Made by a program: the position numbers and the translations under genes. From Clostridia bacterium (GTDB lineage Bacteria > Bacillota > Clostridia > RGIG6154), in contig JAZUPZ010000004.1 in the NCBI GenBank assembly GCA_045605445.1, positions 1,695 through 65,694 on the forward strand: a DNA stretch of 64,000 nucleotides, read 5' to 3'. This document shows, in pieces, positions 1-10,034 of the stretch; the first letter of the stretch is position 1, and every line of letters begins with the position of its first letter. The notes beneath the pieces are model-generated. The model was not told where the DNA came from, made no database searches, and saw only the letters and a program-made list of their open reading frames with translations.

Positions 1-930
1 ATTCCTATAAAGCCTTCCATATTGTCGCCTATTTTGTATTTTGAAGTAATAATACTGCAGTCCTCAAAAGCTGTGTTTTCATTGCCTATGCTTATTGAAA
101 TGCCGTCGTTATTTAGGTTAAGCTGATTTATTGTGGTAAGCATTTCTGTTTTTGAATCCACAAGCTTTAAAAATCTTTTTGCTTTTTCAACGTCTCTGTA
201 TTCGGGGTAGTTGAAAATGTTTGATGAACCGTTAATGTAAATTTCGCTGTCCTGCGCTTCGCCGGTACATTCCTTTATAAATTCAAAAACCTTTAAAACA
301 AGCTCGTTTGAAGCTCCGGCTTCATTAACAAGAAGAATAATTTTCTCCATTGTTATTTCAGAAAAGTCAATTCCCGAAATGTGAGTATTTATAGAGTTTT
401 CAAGGTTTTCAAGCTCATCTGTTGTAATTTTTCCTTCAAGAAGGAGCTTCTTGTCTTTGATAATTCCTTCCTTTGTAACAATAACTGCAAGAAGAATGTT
501 TTCTTCTATATATACAAGTCGTATGTTCTTTATTGCATCGGTCTTTATTTTCGGTGCCACCATAAAGGTTGTGTAATTTGTCATATCACTTATTAAAGCC
601 GAAGCGGTTTTTACTATTTTTTCAAGATAATCAACCTTTTCGGTTAAAACCGATTTTAAAACGTCAATTTCCTCTAAGGTCAGACTGTATTGAGTCATAA
701 GCTCGTCAACGTAAAGCCTGTAGCCTGAAAGGGAGGGAACTCTTCCTGAGGAGGTGTGAGGCTGGCTTAAATATCCCAGCTCTTCAAGCTCTGCCATTTC
801 GTTTCTTATAGTTGCGGAGCTTAAACCTAAATTGTACTTCTTTTCAAGAGTTTTTGACCCGGTAGGTTCAGCGGTGTCAATATAGTTGTCAATTATCGCT
901 TTAAGTATTTTCTTTTTTCTTTCGTCAAGC
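1..930 (-). CDS. hrcA: Heat-inducible transcription repressor HrcA. The C-terminal part is cut by the window edge; the N-terminus with its start codon lies inside the window.
   Basis: Minus-strand translation begins MLDERKKKILKAIIDNYIDTAEPTGSKTLEKKYNLGLSSATIRNEMAELEELGYLSQPHTSSGRVPS..., which is typical of an HrcA N-terminus (winged helix plus GAF-like domain). A CIRCE operator lies immediately upstream. Confidence 0.8.
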
Positions 931-952
931 ATTAAAACACCCCACTCTCTTT

Positions 953-979
953 TTAGCACTCTTTTGGTTTGAGTGCTAA
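953..979 (-). promoter_or_regulatory. CIRCE operator (HrcA binding site) in the hrcA leader. A sigmaA-like promoter (TTGACA N17 TATATT on the minus strand, about 985-1020) lies just upstream.
   Basis: The sequence is ttagcactc-ttttggttt-gagtgctaa, a perfect 9-N9-9 inverted repeat matching the CIRCE consensus TTAGCACTC-N9-GAGTGCTAA. Confidence 0.85.
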
Positions 980-1231
980 CCGTAGTGATAATATACCACC
1001 AATTACAACAAATGTCAAGCATTTTTGAAAAATATTTTTGACTTTCTCTGACCAAAGGCAAAGAATGGTAAAAAACAGAATTCTTTATGTTACATCCACC
1101 GAATCAATTAGAAAGAAATTAATCATTCGGCGTTCCTTTTTAAAAAGTCTATAACTTGGCATAAAAAATATTGCAGTTTTTGCCAAAATATGGTAAAATG
1201 TACCGAGAACTAAAAAGAAAAGAGGAAATAT

Positions 1232-4200
1232 ATGAAAAAAATAGTATCATGGATTTTAATTTTCAGCACAGTATTCTCTGTGTGCAATTCTGCGTATGCA
1301 AAAAAAGCCTATACAGATAGTGTATATATCAATGTGGAGAATACTGACGGATTTTTAAGTTTTAATTTAGCAGAAAAAAACGTTCCTGAAACTTGCGTAC
1401 CGGACAAAGATAAGCTGTTAGAAGAAATTCAGGGGAATTCCGATGTTGAATTTTTGGATGAATCAACAAAGCCGGAAACATATGCTTCGAATTTCGTTCT
1501 AAATAGTGCAATGCTTACAAGCTTTAACACAGTATCTATTCCAAGGTTTGAGAATGGAGCAAATGAGCCTAAATATTCGTATAATGAATTTTTTGAGGAA
1601 AAGGTTTCTCCTTATTCTGGAGAGTTAACTCTTAATTTTGAAGATTTAGTTTTAGAGGGTAGAAACGGACTTAATTTGAGAATTGGAAGAACTTATCAGT
1701 CTGTAAGTACAAACGTTGGTTCCAAAAATTTACTTGTATTGCCCGACGAAAACTACATTTTTGATTATTACCTTGTAAATGATAATGCTTCGTATCTTGA
1801 TGAAAAATATGATTTGGGAGTCGGATGGGGGTTTAGCTTTCCGTCCGTGCAGATAGAAAAAGAATACGAACCGAATGATATGACGGATGAAGGAATTTAT
1901 TATACATATACTGAGAAAAAACAGCTGTATTATCACTCGGGAAACGGAGACGTATATACTGTAGATTTTACCGATGATACGACAGATAGCAATTTGACCG
2001 GGTATTACAAAAAAGATATTCAATTTAATAAGGAAGATAACTCATATACATTTGGAGATGATATCTCATATTATTCAATGACTCTTGCGGACAAGACAAA
2101 ACAGTATTTTGCTGAAGACGGCAGATTGCTCGGAATAGTTGACCGCTTTGGTAATGAAATAAAATTTGAGTATGACAGCTATTATCCTACAAACAAAATT
2201 CGTGATGGGAGTTTTGTTTATGATGACGGAATGTGGGAGTTTTCTTTAAATGAAGATGGAACTGCTGATGGAAGTATAATAACCAATCAAGGGAGAACAG
2301 ATCAGAATTCCGCATATTTTGGCAGACGAAACACAGAAACAACTGACAGATATTTGTTCTCAAAACCAATACAGGTTGATCCCGGCACAAATTATAAAAT
2401 AGGGATAAGTGTAAAAGGTGATGAAAATACACTTTTAAAGATTAACATGCAAGGCTATAATTCTGTGTATACCCCTACATATATACAGTCAAATACGGTG
2501 AGGAATTACAATAACAACAATTGGAATGATTATGTAATAGATTATTATACAAGTGAAACAGAACGATATTTGGTTGTAAATATACAACCGGATGCATATG
2601 GACAAACTTATATAGATGACGTTTTTTTGTGCGAAGAGAAGAAACGCATTTCTAAAATTACTGACAGCATAGGCAGAACGGTTAATTTTTCATATTCCGG
2701 AGAATTAAATTCAAACGGGGCAAAAGGAAGTATAACTCTTACAGTAAAAAATCCTGACGGAAGTGTCGGAAAAACTCTCACATATAACAAAGAAGCAATT
2801 GAGTTTCTTACAAAATATGCAGGATGTAAAGAACAAAGATTTCACTGGTATCTTTCCTCGAGTGAAACAGAAGGGAATGACGGTGTTCCCATATATTATA
2901 CCTACGAGTGCTCAAATGACAGTGAAGACGGAGACAACAGATTTACGCTATATTCAAGTTATAATGGTTATGAAAATAATGATAGCGACAGTCTGGTATA
3001 TAAATGTGTATTGAGGAAAGTTCAGTATAAAGACAGAACTAAAAATTACAATTATCATAAAGTTACAAAAAGATTTGGGCCTGATGATGGATTTTCGCAA
3101 ACAATAAGAATAATGCATACATATGATTCTTATGCAACCTCTGTTGATGGTGGTTCAACCACCAAATATACTGGATATCAGAATGAAATAAGTTACCATT
3201 ACACCGGATATTACGGGAATATAATTTATAATGATGAAACGGGATATCCAAATTGCAGATTTGACGAAACCACGAATCTGGGTGAAAAGTGGGTGCATAA
3301 CAGGGAAATGTATAATAAAGAAACATTTACCACGTTAAGCAATCAACGGCTTATTCAAGAAAAAGTGATGTCGGATGATGTTACATATACTACCGATTAT
3401 ACCTATGACAGTGTTTTTAAAGATCAGCCGTCCGAAATCAAAAACACAGTAAGTGAAAATGATTTGAGTAAGGAAACTTATATTTTGTATAAATATAATG
3501 ATGAAGGAAATGTTGCAAGCGAAACTCTTGAGGTTGAAGCTGATGTTAAAAATAATGATGAATTGCTTGAAAAATATACAATACATTATATATATGACAG
3601 TAATTTTCCGAACTTTGTTTCTGAAAAGAAATGGTATAATAACGTAAACAGTCCGCAGGTTAAAGAAATTTATGTATATGATGAGCTTGGAAGAATAACA
3701 CAAAGCAAAAATTCTCTGAAAGAAAAAGTTGAGTATTTTTATGATTCGGTTTATCCATGGAATGTAGCAAGAATTACTCAGAATGACCCGATGGGGTTTG
3801 CCGATTTATTAGGCGGCGATAGAGTGATTGAATATACTTATGACAGTTATGGTTTATATCCCGTTTCAATATCACGGGTATACGACAAGGGAGTATCAAC
3901 CGAAAGCTACAGTTACGATTATTTGACCGGCAATCTGATAAAAACAATATATCCCGATGGTTCTGTCCTGCAAAACACTTACTATTCGGACGGAAAGCTT
4001 AAACAAACGGTTTATCCTTTGACTCAATACGACGACGGAAGAACTTTCCGTATAGTTGAAGACAGGGCGTATAAAACCAATTCCTATTGTTCAAATTACG
4101 ATTCTTCCGGCAATGTTTGTGAAATAGAAATTATTACGAGCAGTATGTGGTTTGAAGATACAGGGGAGAAACTTATATATTCGGTTGATTATAATTTCTA

Positions 4201-6763
4201 CGATGCGGCAGGGAATGTCAAAATGACTGCAAAGAACGATTTTTCTGTTCAGAATTCAGACGGAAGCTATAAAACCGTGTATGAGAAATATTACTACGAT
4301 GAATTTGACAGGGTTGTAAAATTCGTTGACAGGGAAAATAACGAAATATTGTATGAATATGATGGTTTTGACAGACCGCTGACCATTAGTGACAGCGAAA
4401 ATAATAAATATATTTACAGCTATGATACGGTAAACGACGTAACATCTGTTTATTTTGACGGAAACAGCGAAGAAGATAACACAAATATTGTAACAGAGCA
4501 GTATGATATATACGGAAATATTGTGAAAAGAACTGTTTACCCTGATAATACAATGGAAAGCACATTAAGTGAAAGCTATGAATATGACCTTAATAATAAC
4601 GTTGTAAAGTATACTGATCCTAATAATAATGTTACACAGTTTGTTTACGATTCAAAAAATCAGCTTAAGGAAACAATAATGCCCGATGGGACAAAAGCAA
4701 CCGCTTTTTATTCTTCTTTCGGAGAGCCTTCTTTTGAGAAAATATACGATACCGATGGGAATGAAAGGCTAGGCAGAGTTTCTTACAGAAATGAAAAAGG
4801 CGATCTTACAATGAAGTTTTATAACTTCGATAACCGCCAGGTAAAATCAAATGGTTACGAGGTTGACAGTAAGGGTAGAATAATAAATTTTTATGAAAAC
4901 GGAAAAAACAAAATAGCAGCGTATGATGAATCGGACAATCAGATTCTTGTAACAAGCGGCAACAGCCAGATTCAAAGTGTATATAATGGTTTCGGTGTTG
5001 TTTATTCAAAAGCAAACAGCAATGATACCTCTTCAATTACTTATAGTTATGATAACCTCGGAAGAGTCACTTCAAAGATTCAGGACAGGGGCTATAAATT
5101 TGACAATACCTATTCAGATAATGGAAATCTGACAAAAATGGTTTCTCCGTCAAAAAGACAGGAGCTTTACAGCTACACACCCAACGGAAATCTTAGAACG
5201 ATTGAAACCGATGTGCTTACTCTGGGGTACGATTATTACGACAACGGTCTTGTGAAAAGCATTTTTTATCACGATACCTTGCAAACGGATTATAAATATG
5301 ATAATATTAACCGTGTGACGGAAATGGTTACAACAAGCATAAAAACAAACACTATTATAAATCAGTTTAATTATACTTACGACAATAACGGCAATATGCT
5401 GACAGAAACAAGAAACGGAGAAACAACAGCATATGAATATGACTCTCTTGACCGCCTGATCTCTGTTATATATCCTGATGGATTAAAGGTTTTCTATGAA
5501 TATGATGTCCTTAATAACCGTACCAAAGAAATTTATTCTAACGGAACTGAAAAAGAATATGTTTATAACAAAAAATATCAGTTGGAAAATGTAAAGGTAG
5601 ACGGAAAAGTAACCGATACCTATACATACAATAAAACAGGAGCTTTAGTATCCCATAATGAAAAGGTTTATACATATAACGAATGGGATAAAATGACAGG
5701 TTATACAGACGGGGAAAACAGTTATTCCTATAAGTATGATATCAACGGAATAAGAACGGCAAAGAATGATGAGCAGTACATAGTAGACATAAACAATAAT
5801 GTAATAGCAGAAGCGGACGAAAACGGAGCGGTGTGCGAGGAAATTGTTTACGGACATCAGCCCCTTGCAAGAAAAATAGTTGACACCTGGTATTACTATA
5901 TCTACAATGCTCACGGCGATGTAGTGGGAATGACCGATGAAAACGGAAATGTGGTAAATGAATATACCTACGACCCCTGGGGAAACATTCTTTCCGAAAC
6001 GGAAACGGTAGAAAACCCAATAAAATACGCGGGAGAATATTATGACGAAGAGCTTGATATGTACTACCTGCGAGCAAGATATTATGACCCGAATGTGGGA
6101 AGATTTACAAGTCTTGACATAAAAGAGGGAGAAATATCAAGCCCTCTTGATATGAACCGCTATGTTTACTGCCGTAATAACCCAATCAAGTACGTTGATC
6201 CCAGCGGGGAGAGTGTTACGCTGACGTGTATAATACTTGGAGCTGTAATTGGAGCGGTTGTAGGCGGCGCGGTAGGTGGAGTTATAAGCTTAAGTAAATA
6301 TGGAGAAGTAAAGTGGCAACATGTAGTTGGAGGAATGCTTCTGGGAGGAGTATCAGGCGCAATTATTGGTTGGGGAGCTGGAGCTGTTGTTGCGAAGTTT
6401 GGTGCTGGGAAAGCTGCCTTGAGCATAATAAATGGTGGAGGAGCATCATTTGAAACATTTGACAAATTAAAACAGTTTTTAGGTTCTCCCGGTCAAGGGA
6501 ATCATTGGCATCATATTGTTGAACAGTGCCAAACATATACAAGCAGAGCAGGATTTTATACTAAGTGGGTTCAGAACACCAATAATGTTGTAGCTATTCC
6601 GGCAGATGTACATCGCAAAATATCTGCATACTATAGCAGTATAGATAGAACTATATCCTCTACCCAAACAGTAAGAGAGTGGCTTTCTACAAAGGGATTT
6701 CAATATCAATATGAGTTTGGTATAAAAGTTTTAGAAAGTTTTGGAATCACAGTTGGCAAATAA
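1232..6763 (+). CDS. RHS/YD-repeat polymorphic toxin (WapA/teneurin-like). It has a signal peptide and a jelly-roll/CBM-like insert. The RHS core ends with the DPxG(x) motif. A glycine-zipper segment and a C-terminal WHH-type HNH/EndoVII-fold nuclease toxin domain follow.
   Basis: 1843-aa ORF with an AGAGGA RBS and signal peptide MKKIVSWILIFSTVFSVCNSAYA. There are dozens of YD repeats (YxYDxxGRL, YTYDxxGN, YEYDxxxR). The RHS C-terminal core reads DPNVGRFTSLD...PIKYVDPSGE. A Gly-rich hydrophobic stretch follows (GAVIGAVVGGAVGG...GGVSGAIIGWGAGAVVAKFGAG). The tail is GNHWHHIVEQ...N...VHRK, a WHH/HNH-like pattern. Confidence 0.85.
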   Translation: MKKIVSWILIFSTVFSVCNSAYAKKAYTDSVYINVENTDGFLSFNLAEKNVPETCVPDKDKLLEEIQGNSDVEFLDESTKPETYASNFVLNSAMLTSFNTVSIPRFENGANEPKYSYNEFFEEKVSPYSGELTLNFEDLVLEGRNGLNLRIGRTYQSVSTNVGSKNLLVLPDENYIFDYYLVNDNASYLDEKYDLGVGWGFSFPSVQIEKEYEPNDMTDEGIYYTYTEKKQLYYHSGNGDVYTVDFTDDTTDSNLTGYYKKDIQFNKEDNSYTFGDDISYYSMTLADKTKQYFAEDGRLLGIVDRFGNEIKFEYDSYYPTNKIRDGSFVYDDGMWEFSLNEDGTADGSIITNQGRTDQNSAYFGRRNTETTDRYLFSKPIQVDPGTNYKIGISVKGDENTLLKINMQGYNSVYTPTYIQSNTVRNYNNNNWNDYVIDYYTSETERYLVVNIQPDAYGQTYIDDVFLCEEKKRISKITDSIGRTVNFSYSGELNSNGAKGSITLTVKNPDGSVGKTLTYNKEAIEFLTKYAGCKEQRFHWYLSSSETEGNDGVPIYYTYECSNDSEDGDNRFTLYSSYNGYENNDSDSLVYKCVLRKVQYKDRTKNYNYHKVTKRFGPDDGFSQTIRIMHTYDSYATSVDGGSTTKYTGYQNEISYHYTGYYGNIIYNDETGYPNCRFDETTNLGEKWVHNREMYNKETFTTLSNQRLIQEKVMSDDVTYTTDYTYDSVFKDQPSEIKNTVSENDLSKETYILYKYNDEGNVASETLEVEADVKNNDELLEKYTIHYIYDSNFPNFVSEKKWYNNVNSPQVKEIYVYDELGRITQSKNSLKEKVEYFYDSVYPWNVARITQNDPMGFADLLGGDRVIEYTYDSYGLYPVSISRVYDKGVSTESYSYDYLTGNLIKTIYPDGSVLQNTYYSDGKLKQTVYPLTQYDDGRTFRIVEDRAYKTNSYCSNYDSSGNVCEIEIITSSMWFEDTGEKLIYSVDYNFYDAAGNVKMTAKNDFSVQNSDGSYKTVYEKYYYDEFDRVVKFVDRENNEILYEYDGFDRPLTISDSENNKYIYSYDTVNDVTSVYFDGNSEEDNTNIVTEQYDIYGNIVKRTVYPDNTMESTLSESYEYDLNNNVVKYTDPNNNVTQFVYDSKNQLKETIMPDGTKATAFYSSFGEPSFEKIYDTDGNERLGRVSYRNEKGDLTMKFYNFDNRQVKSNGYEVDSKGRIINFYENGKNKIAAYDESDNQILVTSGNSQIQSVYNGFGVVYSKANSNDTSSITYSYDNLGRVTSKIQDRGYKFDNTYSDNGNLTKMVSPSKRQELYSYTPNGNLRTIETDVLTLGYDYYDNGLVKSIFYHDTLQTDYKYDNINRVTEMVTTSIKTNTIINQFNYTYDNNGNMLTETRNGETTAYEYDSLDRLISVIYPDGLKVFYEYDVLNNRTKEIYSNGTEKEYVYNKKYQLENVKVDGKVTDTYTYNKTGALVSHNEKVYTYNEWDKMTGYTDGENSYSYKYDINGIRTAKNDEQYIVDINNNVIAEADENGAVCEEIVYGHQPLARKIVDTWYYYIYNAHGDVVGMTDENGNVVNEYTYDPWGNILSETETVENPIKYAGEYYDEELDMYYLRARYYDPNVGRFTSLDIKEGEISSPLDMNRYVYCRNNPIKYVDPSGESVTLTCIILGAVIGAVVGGAVGGVISLSKYGEVKWQHVVGGMLLGGVSGAIIGWGAGAVVAKFGAGKAALSIINGGGASFETFDKLKQFLGSPGQGNHWHHIVEQCQTYTSRAGFYTKWVQNTNNVVAIPADVHRKISAYYSSIDRTISSTQTVREWLSTKGFQYQYEFGIKVLESFGITVGK

Positions 6764-6772
6764 GGAGATAAT

Positions 6773-7135
6773 ATGAAAAATTTTAATTGCGACGAAATAA
6801 TTGATAAATATATAAAATACGCTGAAGAAGAAGGCGCTTCGAAAATTAATGGAGACTATAAACTGGGAAACCAAATGTCAAAAAAATTGGAAAGACTATT
6901 TGATAGGTTTAGGGATAATAAAGAAGATGCAGAATGTATAATAGAAGGCATACTGAACAGTGATTGTCGCCGGGCAAGGATTTTAATAGCTGTTGATGCA
7001 TTACGGATTGGTATTTTAGAAGAAAAAGCGGTCTCTGAATTGAAAAAAAATATTAAAAGAGGAGATGTTTTTTCGATTGGTGCAGAAATAGCTTTGGAAA
7101 ATTGGAGAAGACAAGGGGGTGGTTCTGCGGTGTAG
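6773..7135 (+). CDS. Putative cognate immunity protein for the RHS C-terminal nuclease toxin.
   Basis: 120-aa ORF starting 9 nt after the toxin stop, with a GGAGA RBS, on the same strand. It has no signal peptide and is predicted cytoplasmic. This position is canonical for RHS/CDI immunity genes. I do not recognise a family. Confidence 0.4.
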   Translation: MKNFNCDEIIDKYIKYAEEEGASKINGDYKLGNQMSKKLERLFDRFRDNKEDAECIIEGILNSDCRRARILIAVDALRIGILEEKAVSELKKNIKRGDVFSIGAEIALENWRRQGGGSAV

Positions 7136-7292
7136 TGACACAGTGATACGAGGATGCTTCCGCTGTCTTGATAAATTGGATAAATAAAAAACGGGCGGAT
7201 GCTCACATCCGACATTGTATTAATTTGATGAAATATTCCAATTATGCTACAATCGGATCAGATAAATTATGAAAAATCAAAGGAGGAATATT

Positions 7293-8078
7293 ATGAATAA
7301 AAAGTTTGGTGTTTCAATTAAATGGTTGGCGGTAAGCTCTTTTGAAATCCGCTGCAATGATTTAACAATAGTAACAGACCCATATATTACAGAATGTGTG
7401 GGAACAGACCTTACCTGGGAGGCTGTTGAAAACTGCGACATTATCTGTTTAGGTCACGCCCACTGGGATCACATTACGGATATTCCGAGACTGATTGAAA
7501 AATTTCAGCCGAAAATTCTCTGCGGAGATCAGACGGCAATGCCTCTTGCAAAATGGCTCAATTATTCTCCGTCACTTATTTATCCTATGTATCCCGACAC
7601 AGAGCTTGACTTTGGTGATGTGAAAATACGTGCCCTTTACGGAAGACACACAGACCTGAAAAGAGGCTTTAATGACCTGTGCGATCGTTTGAATCAAAAC
7701 GAATTGTGTATAAACGATCCCGGAATAGCATCCTTGCAGGCTGTGGGAAGTATGGAATACCGTAACTTTCTGTTTACATTTCCAAACGGCACAAAAATTC
7801 TGATATGGGGCAATGATGTAACACCGGAGCAGATTAACATATGCAAAGAATTAAAACCTGATATTGCAATTATTCAGCAGTCATCGACACCTGAGAGAAT
7901 GTTGAAAAGAGCGGAATTTGCCGCAAAAACCGGCTGCAAGGTTTTAATTCCGCATCATCACGATTTCCGTTGCGTTGACGACCCTTCAATTATTGAAGGC
8001 TTCAAAAATGAATTTCTGCGAATTGCACCTGACAGAGTATTTATTACGCCAAAGCATGGCGAGTGGATTGAACTATAA
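7293..8078 (+). CDS. Metallo-beta-lactamase fold hydrolase.
   Basis: HxHxDH motif (LGHAHWDHI). An AGGAGG RBS lies before the ATG at 7293 (MNKKFG...); the upstream in-frame ATG at 7269 is less likely. A terminator hairpin follows. Confidence 0.7.
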   Translation: MNKKFGVSIKWLAVSSFEIRCNDLTIVTDPYITECVGTDLTWEAVENCDIICLGHAHWDHITDIPRLIEKFQPKILCGDQTAMPLAKWLNYSPSLIYPMYPDTELDFGDVKIRALYGRHTDLKRGFNDLCDRLNQNELCINDPGIASLQAVGSMEYRNFLFTFPNGTKILIWGNDVTPEQINICKELKPDIAIIQQSSTPERMLKRAEFAAKTGCKVLIPHHHDFRCVDDPSIIEGFKNEFLRIAPDRVFITPKHGEWIEL

Positions 8079-8080
8079 AA

Positions 8081-8113
8081 AACAGGATGTTGCCTGAAGC
8101 AACATCCTGTTTA
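8081..8113. terminator. Bidirectional rho-independent terminator between convergent genes.
   Basis: aacaggatgttgc-ctgaa-gcaacatcctgtt, a perfect 13-bp stem flanked by A/T runs. Confidence 0.55.
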
Positions 8114-8118
8114 ATAAT

Positions 8119-9120
8119 TTACAAGTATGTTTCAAGAAATTTATCCATTCTTTCATTTATGTCTTTGTTACGGCCTACTGTTTCAACAGTTACACCTGCA
8201 AGCTCTTTTTTCAGACCTTCTTTTAATGAGGTAAGCTCACTTTGTTTCATATTGCAAAGCGAAAGAATTTTGCTGTTATCTACAATACGGTCAAAGCATC
8301 GGTCATATTTAAGCTGCTGAACTGCGTAGGTTGCACCTTTTGCAGTAATGTTTAAAAAAGTTTCGTCATCAACGGTGATATATTTTAAGTTGCCGAGTTC
8401 TTTGTAGATTTCCGCAATTTCCCTCCAGGTATGATGCTCTGCGGTTGAAACATTATAGGTTTCCCTGAAAGCCTTTTCGTTGAATAAAATACCCGAAAGC
8501 ATTTTTGCAACATCACCTGCCCAGCTCATCGTTGCCTGTTTGTCCATTGCACTTTCGGGAAGCACAACGGTTTTACCTGTAAGCATTCTGTAAACAAGAA
8601 CATTAGCTTCTAAAATAGTAAGCTGAAATCTTCTTTTTGAATAGGTTATTGCAGGGCGGACAATGGTGTAATTATTATAGGGCGAATTGTTGAGTAAATC
8701 CTCTTCCTCTGCTTTGTAAATGGAGTATTCAAGCTCAGTAACAAAATCGTCGGGTTTTTTAATATCGTGAAGTCGTTTTGCGGTTTCGGATAAAGGTGAA
8801 TCGTCGGCATAAACTCTGTAGGTTGAGAAGAATATGTAGTGTTTTGTATTTTCAAGAAATAGCTTATAATATTTTTCAAAATCTTCAACCCGGTTGTAAA
8901 CCATAAAGTCATAAACTGCGTCAAATTTTTTCTCCAGCTGACCTTTTAAAAAGGCAATATCTTTTGCATCTGCTTTTATGTAGGTTAAGTTTTCATTTTC
9001 AGATGTCACTTCGTCTAAAGTTACCCCTGTGACAGCGTATCCTTTTTCAAGCAGAAGAGGGATTAAATAAACTGCCATAGCTCCCGTTGCGCCTAAAACA
9101 AGTATTTTTTTATTATTCAT
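8119..9120 (-). CDS. NAD(P)-dependent epimerase/dehydratase (NmrA/SDR-like) family protein.
   Basis: N-terminal Rossmann motif MNNKKILVLGATGAMAVYLIPLL, a GGAGG RBS, and a 4-nt overlap (ATGA) with the upstream gene, suggesting an operon. Confidence 0.6.
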   Translation of the reverse strand: MNNKKILVLGATGAMAVYLIPLLLEKGYAVTGVTLDEVTSENENLTYIKADAKDIAFLKGQLEKKFDAVYDFMVYNRVEDFEKYYKLFLENTKHYIFFSTYRVYADDSPLSETAKRLHDIKKPDDFVTELEYSIYKAEEEDLLNNSPYNNYTIVRPAITYSKRRFQLTILEANVLVYRMLTGKTVVLPESAMDKQATMSWAGDVAKMLSGILFNEKAFRETYNVSTAEHHTWREIAEIYKELGNLKYITVDDETFLNITAKGATYAVQQLKYDRCFDRIVDNSKILSLCNMKQSELTSLKEGLKKELAGVTVETVGRNKDINERMDKFLETYL

Positions 9121-9886
9121 TGTTTTCCTCCAAAAGTCTGAATTTTTCTCTCATAGTCTTTGCCTCTTCTATTGTAGGCTGAGGACCTTGCGTTTTTGAA
9201 TTTTCAAGACAGAGATAAAAGCAGGAGCCGAGAAACGGACCCAGCAGTCTGTGTTTTCGGCAATGACTTCCGTTGCACAGATGCAGAAAGGGAATATCCA
9301 GGTTTTTCTTTAAAAGCAAAATTGTTTCCAAAGAAGCGTCAAGTTCTTTTTCACTGTTTGCGACGGTAACAATCTTTGCAATATCAACACCGCGTTCCTG
9401 CTGAAGAAGTGCAATTTCGAGGACTTCTTCGGGAGAAGTATATTCAAAAATATGTGTCGACATCAGAACCTCTGCGCCTATATCGTGAATTTCTGAAATA
9501 AGCTCTTTTTGTTTTTGGACAGCAAAAGCGTTTTTTGTAACCTCGTTGCCTGAGGGAGAGAACATATCGCATCTTAGGTCAATAAGGTCTGCACCGGACT
9601 CAGCCATTTCAATAAGCTGCTTTGCAAGGATATCATCCGTAAGGTCCGTCTGCGAGTTGTTTCTTATATAGTTGGCAGCATAAATCGGTCTGCCTTTGGC
9701 TGAATCAAAAATTTTTTTATAGGTTTCTTTTGTTTTATATTCGGGCGCAAGTTCCTGAAGGAGAAGACATAAAGCCTCTGCACCCTGAACAATTGATTTT
9801 TCAATCGTTTCTGTAAAAATATCCGGTGTTTTACCGCCAATCATGGAAGTCAGTATGGGTGACTGACCGCTTAAAAATTTAGCCAT
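9113..9886 (-). CDS. Type I 3-dehydroquinate dehydratase (AroD)-like TIM-barrel protein.
   Basis: Motif-level similarity to AroD. Compare ADLIDLRCDMF with AroD VDMIDLELF. Compare VLMSTHIFEYTSPEEV...IAKIVTV with AroD VVMSNHDFHKTPEAEE...IPKIALM (His plus Schiff-base Lys positions). AAGGAGG RBS. Confidence 0.45.
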   Translation of the reverse strand: MAKFLSGQSPILTSMIGGKTPDIFTETIEKSIVQGAEALCLLLQELAPEYKTKETYKKIFDSAKGRPIYAANYIRNNSQTDLTDDILAKQLIEMAESGADLIDLRCDMFSPSGNEVTKNAFAVQKQKELISEIHDIGAEVLMSTHIFEYTSPEEVLEIALLQQERGVDIAKIVTVANSEKELDASLETILLLKKNLDIPFLHLCNGSHCRKHRLLGPFLGSCFYLCLENSKTQGPQPTIEEAKTMREKFRLLEENNE

Positions 9887-10034
9887 AGCAATACCTCCTT
9901 ATGATTATATTATATATATATACGGATTGTGTCTGCAATAGAAATTCTGATAATTTTTTATAATTTCCGATACAAAATTTCAAAAACATCTTGACGTTTT
10001 TATCACTTTTGATACAATAAAGGTGGTGAGAAAT

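Noticed and set aside
6166-6709. Minus-strand ORFs (99 aa, 76 aa) antisense to the RHS toxin 3' region
   Set aside because: Antisense to a strongly supported CDS. The 99-aa ORF is the mirror of the Gly-rich zipper (Pro/Ala/Thr-rich translation). No RBS.
6856-7215. 119-aa minus-strand ORF overlapping the candidate immunity gene. A hairpin with a minus-strand-oriented T-run lies at about 7185-7213.
   Set aside because: No plausible start or RBS, antisense to a gene in canonical immunity position. The hairpin alone is weak evidence for a minus-strand transcript end and may act bidirectionally.
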